DNA of 64,000 nucleotides, from assembly GCA_017609625.1 (NCBI GenBank), contig JAFCDN010000004.1, forward strand, positions 948 through 64,947, written 5' to 3'. This DNA is from Candidatus Iainarchaeum sp. (GTDB lineage: Archaea; Iainarchaeota; Iainarchaeia; Iainarchaeales; 1-14-0-10-31-34). A program made the position numbers and the translations under genes. Shown here in pieces: positions 28,284 to 37,400 of the stretch. Numbering within the stretch: the stretch's first letter is position 1; each line of letters begins with the position of its first letter. The notes beneath the pieces are model-generated. The model did no database searches. It was not told the DNA's origin and was given only the letters and a program-made list of their open reading frames with translations.

Positions 28284-28760
28284 GTGAAGAAGATGCCTGC
28301 ACAAAGAGAAAGAGCTCTTGATAGAAAAAGATTTGAAAGGCTTAGGACCAGATTATTTAAAAAAAAAAAAAAAAAAAAGAATGCTACTGGGGAAAGAACT
28401 ATTAAAAGCTTCTTGCAGAGTCCAAGAGGGAAGACCTTTCTTAGAGGATTTAAAAGCAGTTTGCAAAGAAAAAAGAAGAAACTTCAAACAGAGAAACGTA
28501 AACTTGAAGAAGAATTAGCTCAATTATCTAAAAGACAGGGCGCATTAGAAGTTAGTAGAAACCTTCAGGATTCCGCTAAAAGGATTTCAGCAGATTTAAT
28601 ACAGCATCAAATAAAGATTTATGTTGTGGAAAGGAATTTTGCTTTAGTTAAAGGAAACCTGCCTGCTACAATGTCATATGAAATGCTTGCAAATGGATTA
28701 ATTGGCAGTCTCAAAGAAAAGGATCTTTTAAGGTTTCTTCCAAAAAGAAAGAGCAAATAA
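28284..28760 (+). CDS. Hypothetical basic coiled-coil protein containing an A20 tract
   Basis: 158 aa ORF; A20 at 28359-28378 encodes poly-Lys. Confidence 0.5.
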   Translation: MKKMPAQRERALDRKRFERLRTRLFKKKKKKKNATGERTIKSFLQSPRGKTFLRGFKSSLQRKKKKLQTEKRKLEEELAQLSKRQGALEVSRNLQDSAKRISADLIQHQIKIYVVERNFALVKGNLPATMSYEMLANGLIGSLKEKDLLRFLPKRKSK

Positions 28761-28932
28761 AGCGAAGTTTGGTTTCCAAACCCTAAAAGATTTTATTAAT
28801 CGAACGCGTAATAGATATAACAAAAAAATCCCAGATTTTTTTGCAGAATTTTCCCAATACCTAATTTTTCAGGGGCAGTGACCTCTATTAAAGTTTTTTA
28901 AGGCAAAAAAAGAGTATTATTAAGGGGAGTAA

Positions 28933-31900
28933 ATGGAAAAAACAGAATCTGTATTGGAAATGGAAGAAAATCCTTTTGTTTCAAAGTTTGAACAGTTTTT
29001 TTCACAGCAGTATAAGAAAAAAATTGAAAGATTAGCAGCAGCTTTTCCGGAAAAAAAATCTCTTGAAATAAATTTCAAAGACTTGGAAGAGTTTGATTTT
29101 GAACTTGCAGATTCTTTATTGGAAAAACCTGATTATATTATTGAAGCAGCAGAACTGGCTGTAAAAAATATTGATGTTCCGATTTTAGAGGAAGAAAAAT
29201 TCACTCCATTTGTAAGATTTTATAATTTACCAAAAGACAGCCAGCCTTTGCTTAGAGACATTGGTTCAGCGCATTTAGGAAAACTTATTTCAGTTGAAGG
29301 AGTTATAAGGCAAATCACAGAAGTTCTGCCAAGGCTGAGAGTAGCAAAATGGGAATGCAAAAGCTGCAGCAATACATATAAAATTTTTCAGGCTGGCTCT
29401 GTTCCAAGACCTCCGACAATCTGTGAATGCAAGCACAGAGATTTTCGTTTGATTGCAGAGTCAAGTGAATTCATTGACAGCCAAAAAATTGAGATTCAAG
29501 AACCATTAGAACATCTTAGAGGATCAGAACAGGCAGTGAATTTAGAGATTCATGCAACAAATGATTTAGTAAATAAAGTTTCTGCTGGAGACAGGACAAG
29601 AATCACCGGAATGCTTAGATTAAGAGCGCCAAAAGACAAGAAACTGGTTTTTACAAGATTTTTGGAAACAATTCATTTAGAGGAAACTGCAAGGGAATTT
29701 GAAGAAGTTGAAATAACAAAAGAAGAAGAAGGAGAAATAAGAGAACTTGCAGCAAATCCAAAAATTTATGATATGTTAACTCAAAGCATTGCGCCAGCAA
29801 TTTATGGTCATGAAAGAGTAAAAGAAGCAATTGTACTGCAGTTGTTTGGAGGAGTGAAAAAAAATCTTCCAGGAAAAGCAACTGTAAGAGGAAACATTCA
29901 TGTTCTTTTGGTAGGAGATCCAGGTGTTGCAAAATCTCAAATCTTAATGGCAGTGAATAACATTGCACCAAAATCAATTTATGTTGCAGGAAAAACTTCT
30001 TCTGGAGTTGGATTATGCGTTTCACCTGATTCAATGATTTTAAATGATAATGGATTCAAAGAGATTGGAAAGTTTGTAGAGGAAAGATTTGATGAAAGTA
30101 AAGCAATCAAAGAACATAAAGGAATACGCTACAATGAAATTTCTTTGGAAACAACTGCATTAAGTAATTCATTTAAAACAGAAAAAAAAGCTCTTTCAAA
30201 AATCTGGAGAATTAAAGCACCAAAAAAAATGGCAAAAATTTCTTTGCAGAGCGGAAAAACAATTGAATTAACTCCAAACACAAAGTTACTTAGAATAAAA
30301 AATGGAAAAGTTGAATGGATTAAATCAATAGAAATAGAAGAAGGAGATTTTGTTGCAAGCACAAGGAAACTTCCAGAAGGCTTAAATAAACCGCTTTATT
30401 CAGTTGAGATTTTAAAAGAAGACAAAAATGTCAGAATAAAAGATAATATTGCAGAATTTTTTACAAAAATAACAGACAAATTAAGCGAAAAACATGGAAG
30501 TATTCAGAATGTTGCAAAAAATTATAATCTGAAAAGAGACAATCTTTATTTCTGGCGCTCAAAAAAGCTTTACAAAGGAATTCCCCTGCATTTATTCTTC
30601 AAAATGGGTTCAGATGCAGGTTTTGAAACAAAACATCTTGCAAAACAGGTGAAAAATGTTTTCAACAGGTTTGGAAAAAATATTAAAATTCCAGAAACAT
30701 TAAACAACCAAAAACTTGCTTACCTTGCAGGACTTGTTTTTGGAGATGGAAGTGTTTATTTAACAAAAGAAAACCAAACAGGAATAAGATTTTATAATTC
30801 AGATAAAGAGTTGCTGAAAGAGTTTGATGAAATCATTTATGAATTGTTTGGATTGAAAGCAGAAAAGTTAAGTGAAGAAGGAAAAGTTCCAGGAAGAAGA
30901 ATAAATTCAATTGTTGTCTGGAAACTGTTAAGGGAATTTGGTTTAAGCAACAAAAAAACTGAAAATAAATTATCTCATTTCTGTACAGAACAAAGCAATG
31001 AATTAATAGCAGAAGTGTTAAAAGGATTGTTTGATACTGACGGATATACTTCAAAAAGCACTTCCCCGCATGTTGGCTTAACAACAGTAAGCAAAAAGCT
31101 TGCCCAAACAATCCATTTATCTTTGCTCAAATTTGGAATACAACCAAAATTAAGGGAAAGAAAAGTAAAAGGAAGAATATGCAAAGGAAAAAATATAACA
31201 GTAAAAAGCAAGCACAATCAATTTTTTGTAGAAATTCGAGGCAAGAATAATTTGGAATTGTTCAGTAAAGCAATAGGCTTTAAACTTGAAAGAAAAAATA
31301 ACACATTAAAAGAGATTATCGAGAAAATTCCAAAAAGCAACCCAAATATTGATATTGTCCCTGAAATTTCTCCACTGCTTAAGGAAATAAAAGCTAAATG
31401 GAGCTGGGCTTCTGGAAAAGTAAATCCAACACAAAAAATGCTGAAAAAACTTATTGAAAACAAAAACAACCCTTTACTTAAATCGCTTGCAGAAGCAAAT
31501 GTTGTGTGGGAAAAAGTGAAATTAAAAGAATACTTTAAACCAGAATATGAATTTGTTTATGATTTTACTGTTGAAAAATCACATAATTTTATTGCAAATG
31601 GAATTATTGTCCATAATACTGCAAGCGCACAAAAAGATGATTTTGGAGAAGGAGGCTGGACACTAAAAGCAGGCGCATTAGTTTTAGCAAGTGGAGGTTT
31701 GGCAAACATTGATGAATTTGATAAAATGGATAAAGACGACAGAAGCGCAATGCATGAAGCAATGGAACAGCAAATGGTTTCAGTTGCAAAAGCAGGAATT
31801 GTAACAAGATTTAAAACTGAAACTTCAATTCTTGCAGCTGCAAACCCAAAGTTTTCAAGGTTTGATCCATATGAACCTTTTATCAACCAGATTGATTTGC

Positions 31901-32631
31901 CTTCAACTCTTATTTCAAGGTTTGATTTGTTCTTCATGATCAAAGATGTGTTGGACAGAGTAAGAGATGAAGAAATCACTTCAAGCATTCTGAAAACCCA
32001 TAAAGCTGGAGAATTAATGATTCAGGAAAAAAACGCAGGAAAAAAAGAAACACAAGAAACAAAAGAACTAAAAGAATTAATCACTCCAGTAATTGATAAC
32101 GAACTGCTGAAAAAATATCTTTCTCTTGCAAGACAAAAAGTTTCTCCGGTTTTAAGTGAAGAAGCAATCAAAACTTTAACAGAATTTTATCTGAACTTAA
32201 GGGAAATGGGAAAAAAAGAAGGAAGCTATGCAGCTACCCATAGACAGCTTGAAGGGCTTATTAGAATGAGCGAAGCCAGTGCAAGAGTAAGGTTAAGCGA
32301 TAACGTGGAAAAAAGCGATGCAGAAAGAGCAACAAGACTGCTGAAAAACTCTTTGCAGGACGTAGTGACTGACCCTGAAACCGGAAGGATTGACATGGAC
32401 ATAATTGCAACAGGAACAACTCACTCTCATAGAACTGCAATAAGGAATGTCTTGAATATGATTAAACAGAAATCAAAAGAACAAGATTTAGTTCCAATCA
32501 TCGAAGTAATAGAAGAAGCAAAAACAATTGGACTGGAAAGAGACAAAGTCAGTGAAATAATTTCTGAATTGAAAAGAAAAGGAGAAATCTACGAAAAAAA
32601 GCACGGGTTTGTTTCTCCGGTGGAAAAGTAA
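28933..32631 (+). CDS. mcm: Replicative helicase MCM with intein
   Basis: Zn finger CKSC...CECK, GDPGVAKSQ Walker A, IDEFDKM, AAANP, SRFD, C-terminal winged helix. Confidence 0.97.
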   Translation: MEKTESVLEMEENPFVSKFEQFFSQQYKKKIERLAAAFPEKKSLEINFKDLEEFDFELADSLLEKPDYIIEAAELAVKNIDVPILEEEKFTPFVRFYNLPKDSQPLLRDIGSAHLGKLISVEGVIRQITEVLPRLRVAKWECKSCSNTYKIFQAGSVPRPPTICECKHRDFRLIAESSEFIDSQKIEIQEPLEHLRGSEQAVNLEIHATNDLVNKVSAGDRTRITGMLRLRAPKDKKLVFTRFLETIHLEETAREFEEVEITKEEEGEIRELAANPKIYDMLTQSIAPAIYGHERVKEAIVLQLFGGVKKNLPGKATVRGNIHVLLVGDPGVAKSQILMAVNNIAPKSIYVAGKTSSGVGLCVSPDSMILNDNGFKEIGKFVEERFDESKAIKEHKGIRYNEISLETTALSNSFKTEKKALSKIWRIKAPKKMAKISLQSGKTIELTPNTKLLRIKNGKVEWIKSIEIEEGDFVASTRKLPEGLNKPLYSVEILKEDKNVRIKDNIAEFFTKITDKLSEKHGSIQNVAKNYNLKRDNLYFWRSKKLYKGIPLHLFFKMGSDAGFETKHLAKQVKNVFNRFGKNIKIPETLNNQKLAYLAGLVFGDGSVYLTKENQTGIRFYNSDKELLKEFDEIIYELFGLKAEKLSEEGKVPGRRINSIVVWKLLREFGLSNKKTENKLSHFCTEQSNELIAEVLKGLFDTDGYTSKSTSPHVGLTTVSKKLAQTIHLSLLKFGIQPKLRERKVKGRICKGKNITVKSKHNQFFVEIRGKNNLELFSKAIGFKLERKNNTLKEIIEKIPKSNPNIDIVPEISPLLKEIKAKWSWASGKVNPTQKMLKKLIENKNNPLLKSLAEANVVWEKVKLKEYFKPEYEFVYDFTVEKSHNFIANGIIVHNTASAQKDDFGEGGWTLKAGALVLASGGLANIDEFDKMDKDDRSAMHEAMEQQMVSVAKAGIVTRFKTETSILAAANPKFSRFDPYEPFINQIDLPSTLISRFDLFFMIKDVLDRVRDEEITSSILKTHKAGELMIQEKNAGKKETQETKELKELITPVIDNELLKKYLSLARQKVSPVLSEEAIKTLTEFYLNLREMGKKEGSYAATHRQLEGLIRMSEASARVRLSDNVEKSDAERATRLLKNSLQDVVTDPETGRIDMDIIATGTTHSHRTAIRNVLNMIKQKSKEQDLVPIIEVIEEAKTIGLERDKVSEIISELKRKGEIYEKKHGFVSPVEK
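30016..31617 (+). mobile_element. Intein with LAGLIDADG endonuclease in MCM (534 aa)
   Basis: SSGVGL|CVSPDS ... IIVHN|TASA; YLAGLVFGDG and VLKGLFDTDG. Confidence 0.93.
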
Positions 32632-33360
32632 TTAGTTCAATAAATAGTCGCAAAAAAATTCTGGTTTTTTTAAAGCAAATATTTTGATTGAAGTAATGCC
32701 AGACCCTCTAACCGCTATAGCATTAATTTTATTACTTGGCTCGCACTGATAAAGAACCAAAAAATGTTGGTCTTCAGTGTTGTTTACTATTTTATTTCCT
32801 TTAACAAAGTCTTTGCATTTAAGTTCTGGTGGAAAGCTATCCTTCATAATGTGTGGAATCGAAGGTTCAGAATCAGCGAAATAAAGCGCAGAAGCTGGAG
32901 GGACAGCAGATAAATACGAAGAATCAGAAGGAGCTGAAGCTATTTTAGAATTTGAAATACAAGAAAAAGTATATTTTGATGATTCAAAATAACCATCTGG
33001 CATTAAAGTCACTCCTTGAAGAATAGGGGAATCTACTACTTTATTTTCAATTTGCCTGTAAAGAACTTCATCTGTTAAAATTCCTGGCCCAGCACAAGTA
33101 ACACCCCCCATTATTATAAAAACAATTGCAAGTAAACCAAAATAAGCAACTAACAAACCAAAAAGCAAGAGACTAATTTTATCCAAAACGGAAAAAAGGA
33201 GATGACTTTTGCTTTTGAGTTTTTCTCTAACAGATTTGATTCTAATAACTATAAACAATAAAACAATAGCAACTGCTATGAAAATCCACAAATTTTCAAT
33301 CAGCATTTCCATTGGCGGTTCTATTCTATACCACATATATGCTGCATCGCAACTTGTCAT
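32632..33360 (-). CDS. Hypothetical membrane protein (2 TM + Cys-containing external domain)
   Basis: Two hydrophobic helices then soluble domain. Confidence 0.6.
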   Translation of the reverse strand: MTSCDAAYMWYRIEPPMEMLIENLWIFIAVAIVLLFIVIRIKSVREKLKSKSHLLFSVLDKISLLLFGLLVAYFGLLAIVFIIMGGVTCAGPGILTDEVLYRQIENKVVDSPILQGVTLMPDGYFESSKYTFSCISNSKIASAPSDSSYLSAVPPASALYFADSEPSIPHIMKDSFPPELKCKDFVKGNKIVNNTEDQHFLVLYQCEPSNKINAIAVRGSGITSIKIFALKKPEFFCDYLLN

Positions 33361-33420
33361 AGCAAAAATACTACTCTTAACTTAATAAAACTTACTAAGG
33401 TTTATTTTATGAGTGATTAA

Positions 33421-34254
33421 ATGAACAAAAATCTTCTCTTGCAGGTTCTGGCGATTTTTCTCGTAACACAAGTTATAGGATTATATGTTGGAACTGAATT
33501 GATTTCAATTGAATTAGAAAGACAAGGAATTGTAAATGACAATCCAGATGATCCGGTTAATTCAGTCGGATTGTTTGTTTATATCCTTGCTTTCACTGCA
33601 GTTTTATTAATAATACTGAAATTCTATAAAGGAGATTTATTATTTAAAGTTCTTGAATCCATTCTTGTTTTCCTGACATCATTGATTGTTTTTGGTTTTG
33701 TTTTTCCAGAAGAATTTGGTTTAATTGCATTGATTTTACCAGTGATTCTGGTTGTATCAAGATGGATTTTCAGAAAAAATTTATTGTTAAGAAATACTGC
33801 TTCAGTTTTAGCTGCAGCCGGAGCAGGGCCTTTAATTGGATATAATCTAGGAATAATTCCTGTTGCGTTGTTTTTGGTGATTCTTGCAGGCTATGATATT
33901 ATTGCAGTTTTTTACACCAAGCACATGGTTTCTCTGGCAAAAGGAATTACAAAAAAAAATCTTGCGTTTACTTTTGCTTTGCCAACAAAAGAACACCAGT
34001 TTGAATTAGGAACAGGCGACATGGTTATTCCTTTAGTGTTTGCAGTAAGCATTTTAGTTGAAACAACAAAAAACTTTTCTTTGGATTTTGCTTTAATTTC
34101 TCCTGCAATGGTTTTATGGGGCTCTTTGGTTGGACTGCTTTTAACAATTCATTACAGCTCAAAAAATGTCGGAAAAGCTCTTCCGGCTTTGCCTTTGCAG
34201 ACTGTGATAATGTTTGTAATGTTAGGGCTTTGTGTGCTGCTTGGGGTTTTTTAA
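33421..34254 (+). CDS. Presenilin/signal-peptide-peptidase family intramembrane aspartyl protease (A22)
   Basis: YD, LGTGD (GxGD) and PALP motifs in multi-TM protein. Confidence 0.92.
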   Translation: MNKNLLLQVLAIFLVTQVIGLYVGTELISIELERQGIVNDNPDDPVNSVGLFVYILAFTAVLLIILKFYKGDLLFKVLESILVFLTSLIVFGFVFPEEFGLIALILPVILVVSRWIFRKNLLLRNTASVLAAAGAGPLIGYNLGIIPVALFLVILAGYDIIAVFYTKHMVSLAKGITKKNLAFTFALPTKEHQFELGTGDMVIPLVFAVSILVETTKNFSLDFALISPAMVLWGSLVGLLLTIHYSSKNVGKALPALPLQTVIMFVMLGLCVLLGVF

Positions 34255-34742
34255 ATTAGCGAAGAAAAAAATTCCACTACTGTAACCCCTGCAAAAGCTA
34301 AAATTGAATATCGAAAAAATCTTCCAATAAAAACTGCTGGATAGAATTTTTTCAAATCATATTCCATCATGCCTGCAATAATTGAAATCAAATCAAAAGC
34401 AAAAGGAACAAAAGACATTAAGACAATAAAAGGAAAGCCCCATTGGGATATTTTTTTTGCAGAATCATCCACTTTATCCAATTGATTTCCAAACTTTTTT
34501 TCTACAACACTTCTTCCCCCTCTCCCCACAAAATATCCTGTGCTTTCTCCTATTGCTGCACCTAAAGCAGCAAAAAAAGCAATCAAAAAAGGATTAAATA
34601 TTCCAGTGGAAGAAACCAATATAATAACTGCATCCATTGGCAAAGGAAACAAAATTGTTGCATTTGCAATCAAAGAAGCAAGAAAAATTCCGATTAAACC
34701 ATAAGAATTAATCAAAGAATTGAAAACTGCTGTTAAATCCAT
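34251..34742 (-). CDS. DedA/VTT (YqaA-like) membrane protein
   Basis: GAAIGESTGYFVGR, PFAFDL, GRFFRY. Confidence 0.85.
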   Translation of the reverse strand: MDLTAVFNSLINSYGLIGIFLASLIANATILFPLPMDAVIILVSSTGIFNPFLIAFFAALGAAIGESTGYFVGRGGRSVVEKKFGNQLDKVDDSAKKISQWGFPFIVLMSFVPFAFDLISIIAGMMEYDLKKFYPAVFIGRFFRYSILAFAGVTVVEFFSSLI

Positions 34743-34797
34743 CTAAAACACTCTTTTCTACAAAGTATTAATATACTTTATTTTATTTAAATATTAG

Positions 34798-35220
34798 ATG
34801 GTTGAAGATACAATGAAATACGAAAAAATGCTTGACAGACTTTATTTAAGCCTTCCAGAGCAGACTAAAACAAAAGAAAGGTTTGAAATGCCTGAAGTAC
34901 ACAGCCATATTCAGGGTTCAAAAACTTTTATTAAAAACATTCAAACAGTGTTGAAATTAGTTCACAGGGAAACGCCTCATTTTGTGAAGTTCATTACAAA
35001 AGAACTTGCTGTTCCAGTAAGTGTAACAAAAGAAGGAACAATAGATATTACAGGAAAGTTTTCTGAAAGCAAAATCAGAAGCCTAACAGAAAATTATGTT
35101 AAACAATTTGTTTTATGCAAGGAATGCAGAAAACCCGATACAAAATTTATTGAAATGCACGGAGTTAAAATGCTGAAATGCGATGCCTGCGGAGCAGTTA
35201 CTCCATTAAAACAATTATAG
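34798..35220 (+). CDS. eif2b: Translation initiation factor aIF-2 beta
   Basis: ERFEMP, VLCKECRKPDT...LKCDACGA. Confidence 0.95.
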   Translation: MVEDTMKYEKMLDRLYLSLPEQTKTKERFEMPEVHSHIQGSKTFIKNIQTVLKLVHRETPHFVKFITKELAVPVSVTKEGTIDITGKFSESKIRSLTENYVKQFVLCKECRKPDTKFIEMHGVKMLKCDACGAVTPLKQL

Positions 35221-35224
35221 AGTG

Positions 35225-35534
35225 ATGAACTATTTTTTATAAAATCCATTCAATAAACCAGCAAAAAGTTCTTGCTGTATGTGATAAAGAACTTTTAGGA
35301 AAAGAAATAAGCAAAGAAATCGGATTTAAAGTCAGCCCTGAATTTTACGGAACAGAAAGAATAACTGAAGAAGAACTAAAAAAACTTTTCAAAGAAGTTG
35401 ATTCAGCAAACCTTGTCGGAGAAAAAAGTGTTTCAGTTGCACTTGAAGAAAAATTAGTTAAAGAAGAAAACATTACAAAAATAAATGATATTCCGCATAT
35501 TCAAATATATTTTATTAAAGGAGGGAATGAATGA
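35225..35534 (+). CDS. DUF424-family protein with apparent 1-nt frameshift at T6 (35233-35238); absent from ORF track
   Basis: Frame from 35232 reads FYKIHSINQQKVLAVCDKELLGK...EFYG...SANLVGEKSV...IPHIQIY; ATG 35225 is one base out of frame. Confidence 0.75.
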
Positions 35535-35860
35535 AACCAGCACGATATCAAATGACTGAAGAAGAAGCAATAAGCAGGATTAGAATGCCAAAAAGAAAGG
35601 AATTAGAAATGTTTGCTATTGCAAGCCAAATGGTTGGCGGAGACAAAATAAAAGCAATAGCAGAAGACGGAATAGAAAGAGTCTGCAGAATTCCAGGAAA
35701 GTTAAGAAAAAGAGTATGGATCAGAGAAGGCGATTTGGTTATAATCAAATTATGGGATTTCCAGCCAAGTAAAGCAGACGTAATCTGGAGATATATTAAA
35801 GTCCAGACAAACCATCTAAGAAGAAAAGGTTTATTAGAAAAACTACAATTTGAAGACTGA
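35531..35860 (+). CDS. eif1a: Translation initiation factor aIF-1A
   Basis: RVCRIPGKLRKRVWIREGDLVII...KADVIWRY. Confidence 0.96.
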   Translation: MKPARYQMTEEEAISRIRMPKRKELEMFAIASQMVGGDKIKAIAEDGIERVCRIPGKLRKRVWIREGDLVIIKLWDFQPSKADVIWRYIKVQTNHLRRKGLLEKLQFED

Positions 35861-35863
35861 TTA

Positions 35864-35982
35864 CAACTTTTTAAGAAAAGGTTGAACAAAAGTTTTTGGC
35901 AACCTGCCTTTCAACCTTTTAAAAAAAGGTTGAACAAAATTTGGTTCAGCCCTTTTCCAAAGGGTTGTTTTAAAAAGGGCGG
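35864..35982. repeat. Nested cluster of palindromic CAACCTTTT-N3-AAAAGGTTG elements
   Basis: Three copies of the palindrome, two of them inside a GGCAACCTGCC...AAAAAGGGCGG element. Confidence 0.8.
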
Positions 35983-35997
35983 AAAAAGTGATTCTTA

Positions 35998-36771
35998 ATG
36001 CAAGAAGAAAATGATGAAGAAAAAAGACTGAAAAGGTTTCCTCAAAAAAAAGTTTCAAAAACTTTTGATAAAGTGTTTGACGAAGAAACACTTAACACAA
36101 TCCATAAAATAGCTACAGCCGGATTGATTGATTCTTTGGAGTATACAATTTCAACAGGAAAAGAAGCTTATGTTTTCCTTGCATTGGATAAAGCAGGAAA
36201 TTTTAGGGCAGTAAAAACATACAAAACACTTACATCCAAATTTCATAACATGCAGAAATACATTGAAGGAGATAAAAGATTCAAGAATGTGCCAAGAGAA
36301 AAAAAAGAAATCGTAAGGGAATGGACAAAAAAAGAATTCAAAAATTTAGAGAAGCTTTCAAATGCAAATGCTTCAGTTCCTTTTCCAATTGGATACAAAA
36401 ACAATGTTTTGGTTATGGAATTCATAGGAGAAAAAGGAAAAGCCTCAAAAACACTCAAAGAAGTCGGGGTGAAAAACCTTCAGCAGGCTTATGAAGAAAT
36501 TACGGAATTTATTGCAAAAAGCTTTTATCTTTCAGGACTTATTCATGCTGATTTAAGCGAATACAATATTTTAGTAAAAAAAGAGCAGGGAAAAGAAAAG
36601 CTTGTAGTGATTGATGTAGGGCAGGCAGTATTGAAATCTCATCCAAAAGCAGAAGAGTTTTTGAAAAGAGATTTACAGAACATCTCAAATTATTTCACAA
36701 AAAAAGGACTTGAAAAAAGCGAAGAAGAGCTGAGAAAAGACATCAGAAAGTGGAAAGAAAAACTTCTGTAA
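35998..36771 (+). CDS. rio1: RIO1-family Ser/Thr kinase
   Basis: ISTGKEA, LVMEFIG, HADLSEYN, IDVGQ. Confidence 0.95.
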   Translation: MQEENDEEKRLKRFPQKKVSKTFDKVFDEETLNTIHKIATAGLIDSLEYTISTGKEAYVFLALDKAGNFRAVKTYKTLTSKFHNMQKYIEGDKRFKNVPREKKEIVREWTKKEFKNLEKLSNANASVPFPIGYKNNVLVMEFIGEKGKASKTLKEVGVKNLQQAYEEITEFIAKSFYLSGLIHADLSEYNILVKKEQGKEKLVVIDVGQAVLKSHPKAEEFLKRDLQNISNYFTKKGLEKSEEELRKDIRKWKEKLL

Positions 36772-36870
36772 AAGCAATGAGAATTAGAATAAAAAGCTTT
36801 CCAAACATAAATTATTAGAGGAAAAAACTGATTTCTAGTCCTATTTTAACAGAATTTTCAGGTTTTTAAC

Positions 36871-37389
36871 ATGCAAGAATACTTAAAGATTCCAAAGGAA
36901 AGAATCGCTGTTTTGATTGGAAAAAACGGCGAAACAAGAAAAGAAATTGAAAAGCTTACAAAAACAAAAATAGAAGTTGATTCAAAAACAGGCGATGTTG
37001 ATTTACAGGGAGAAAATGCAATAACTTTTTATATTTCACTTAACATAATTAAAGCTATTGCTCGGGGGTTTTCTCCGGCGCATGCTTTTACACTAAAAAA
37101 TGAAGATTATTTCTTTGAATCAATTGACTTAAAAGAAATGCTTGGAAAAAACGATAATTTAATCCAGCAAAAAAAAGGAAGAGTAATTGGAAGAAACGGA
37201 AAAACAAGAAAAGATATAGAAGAAAAAACAAATACTTTTGTTTCTGTTTATGGGAAAACAGTGAGCATCATAGGAAAAGCAGAAGAAATGGAAAAAGCAA
37301 AAAAAGTAATCGAAATGCTTTTAGAAGGGGCATCTCATTCAACAGCAGAAGCAGTATTAAAAGAAGGAGAAAAAGAAATTGAAATTTAA
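36871..37389 (+). CDS. KH-domain pre-rRNA processing protein Dim2/Pno1
   Basis: IPKERIAVLIGKNG, AIARGF, GRVIGRNG; synteny with rio1/top6B. Confidence 0.92.
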   Translation: MQEYLKIPKERIAVLIGKNGETRKEIEKLTKTKIEVDSKTGDVDLQGENAITFYISLNIIKAIARGFSPAHAFTLKNEDYFFESIDLKEMLGKNDNLIQQKKGRVIGRNGKTRKDIEEKTNTFVSVYGKTVSIIGKAEEMEKAKKVIEMLLEGASHSTAEAVLKEGEKEIEI

Positions 37390-37400
37390 AAAGTGAGAGA

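Noticed and set aside
28030-28930. Replication origin next to mcm
   Set aside because: AT-rich, but no repeated ORB-like boxes and no cdc6/orc1 gene nearby.
35861-36091. 76-aa minus-strand ORF with repeated FVQPF
   Set aside because: Translation of the palindromic repeat cluster, antisense to the rio1 start.
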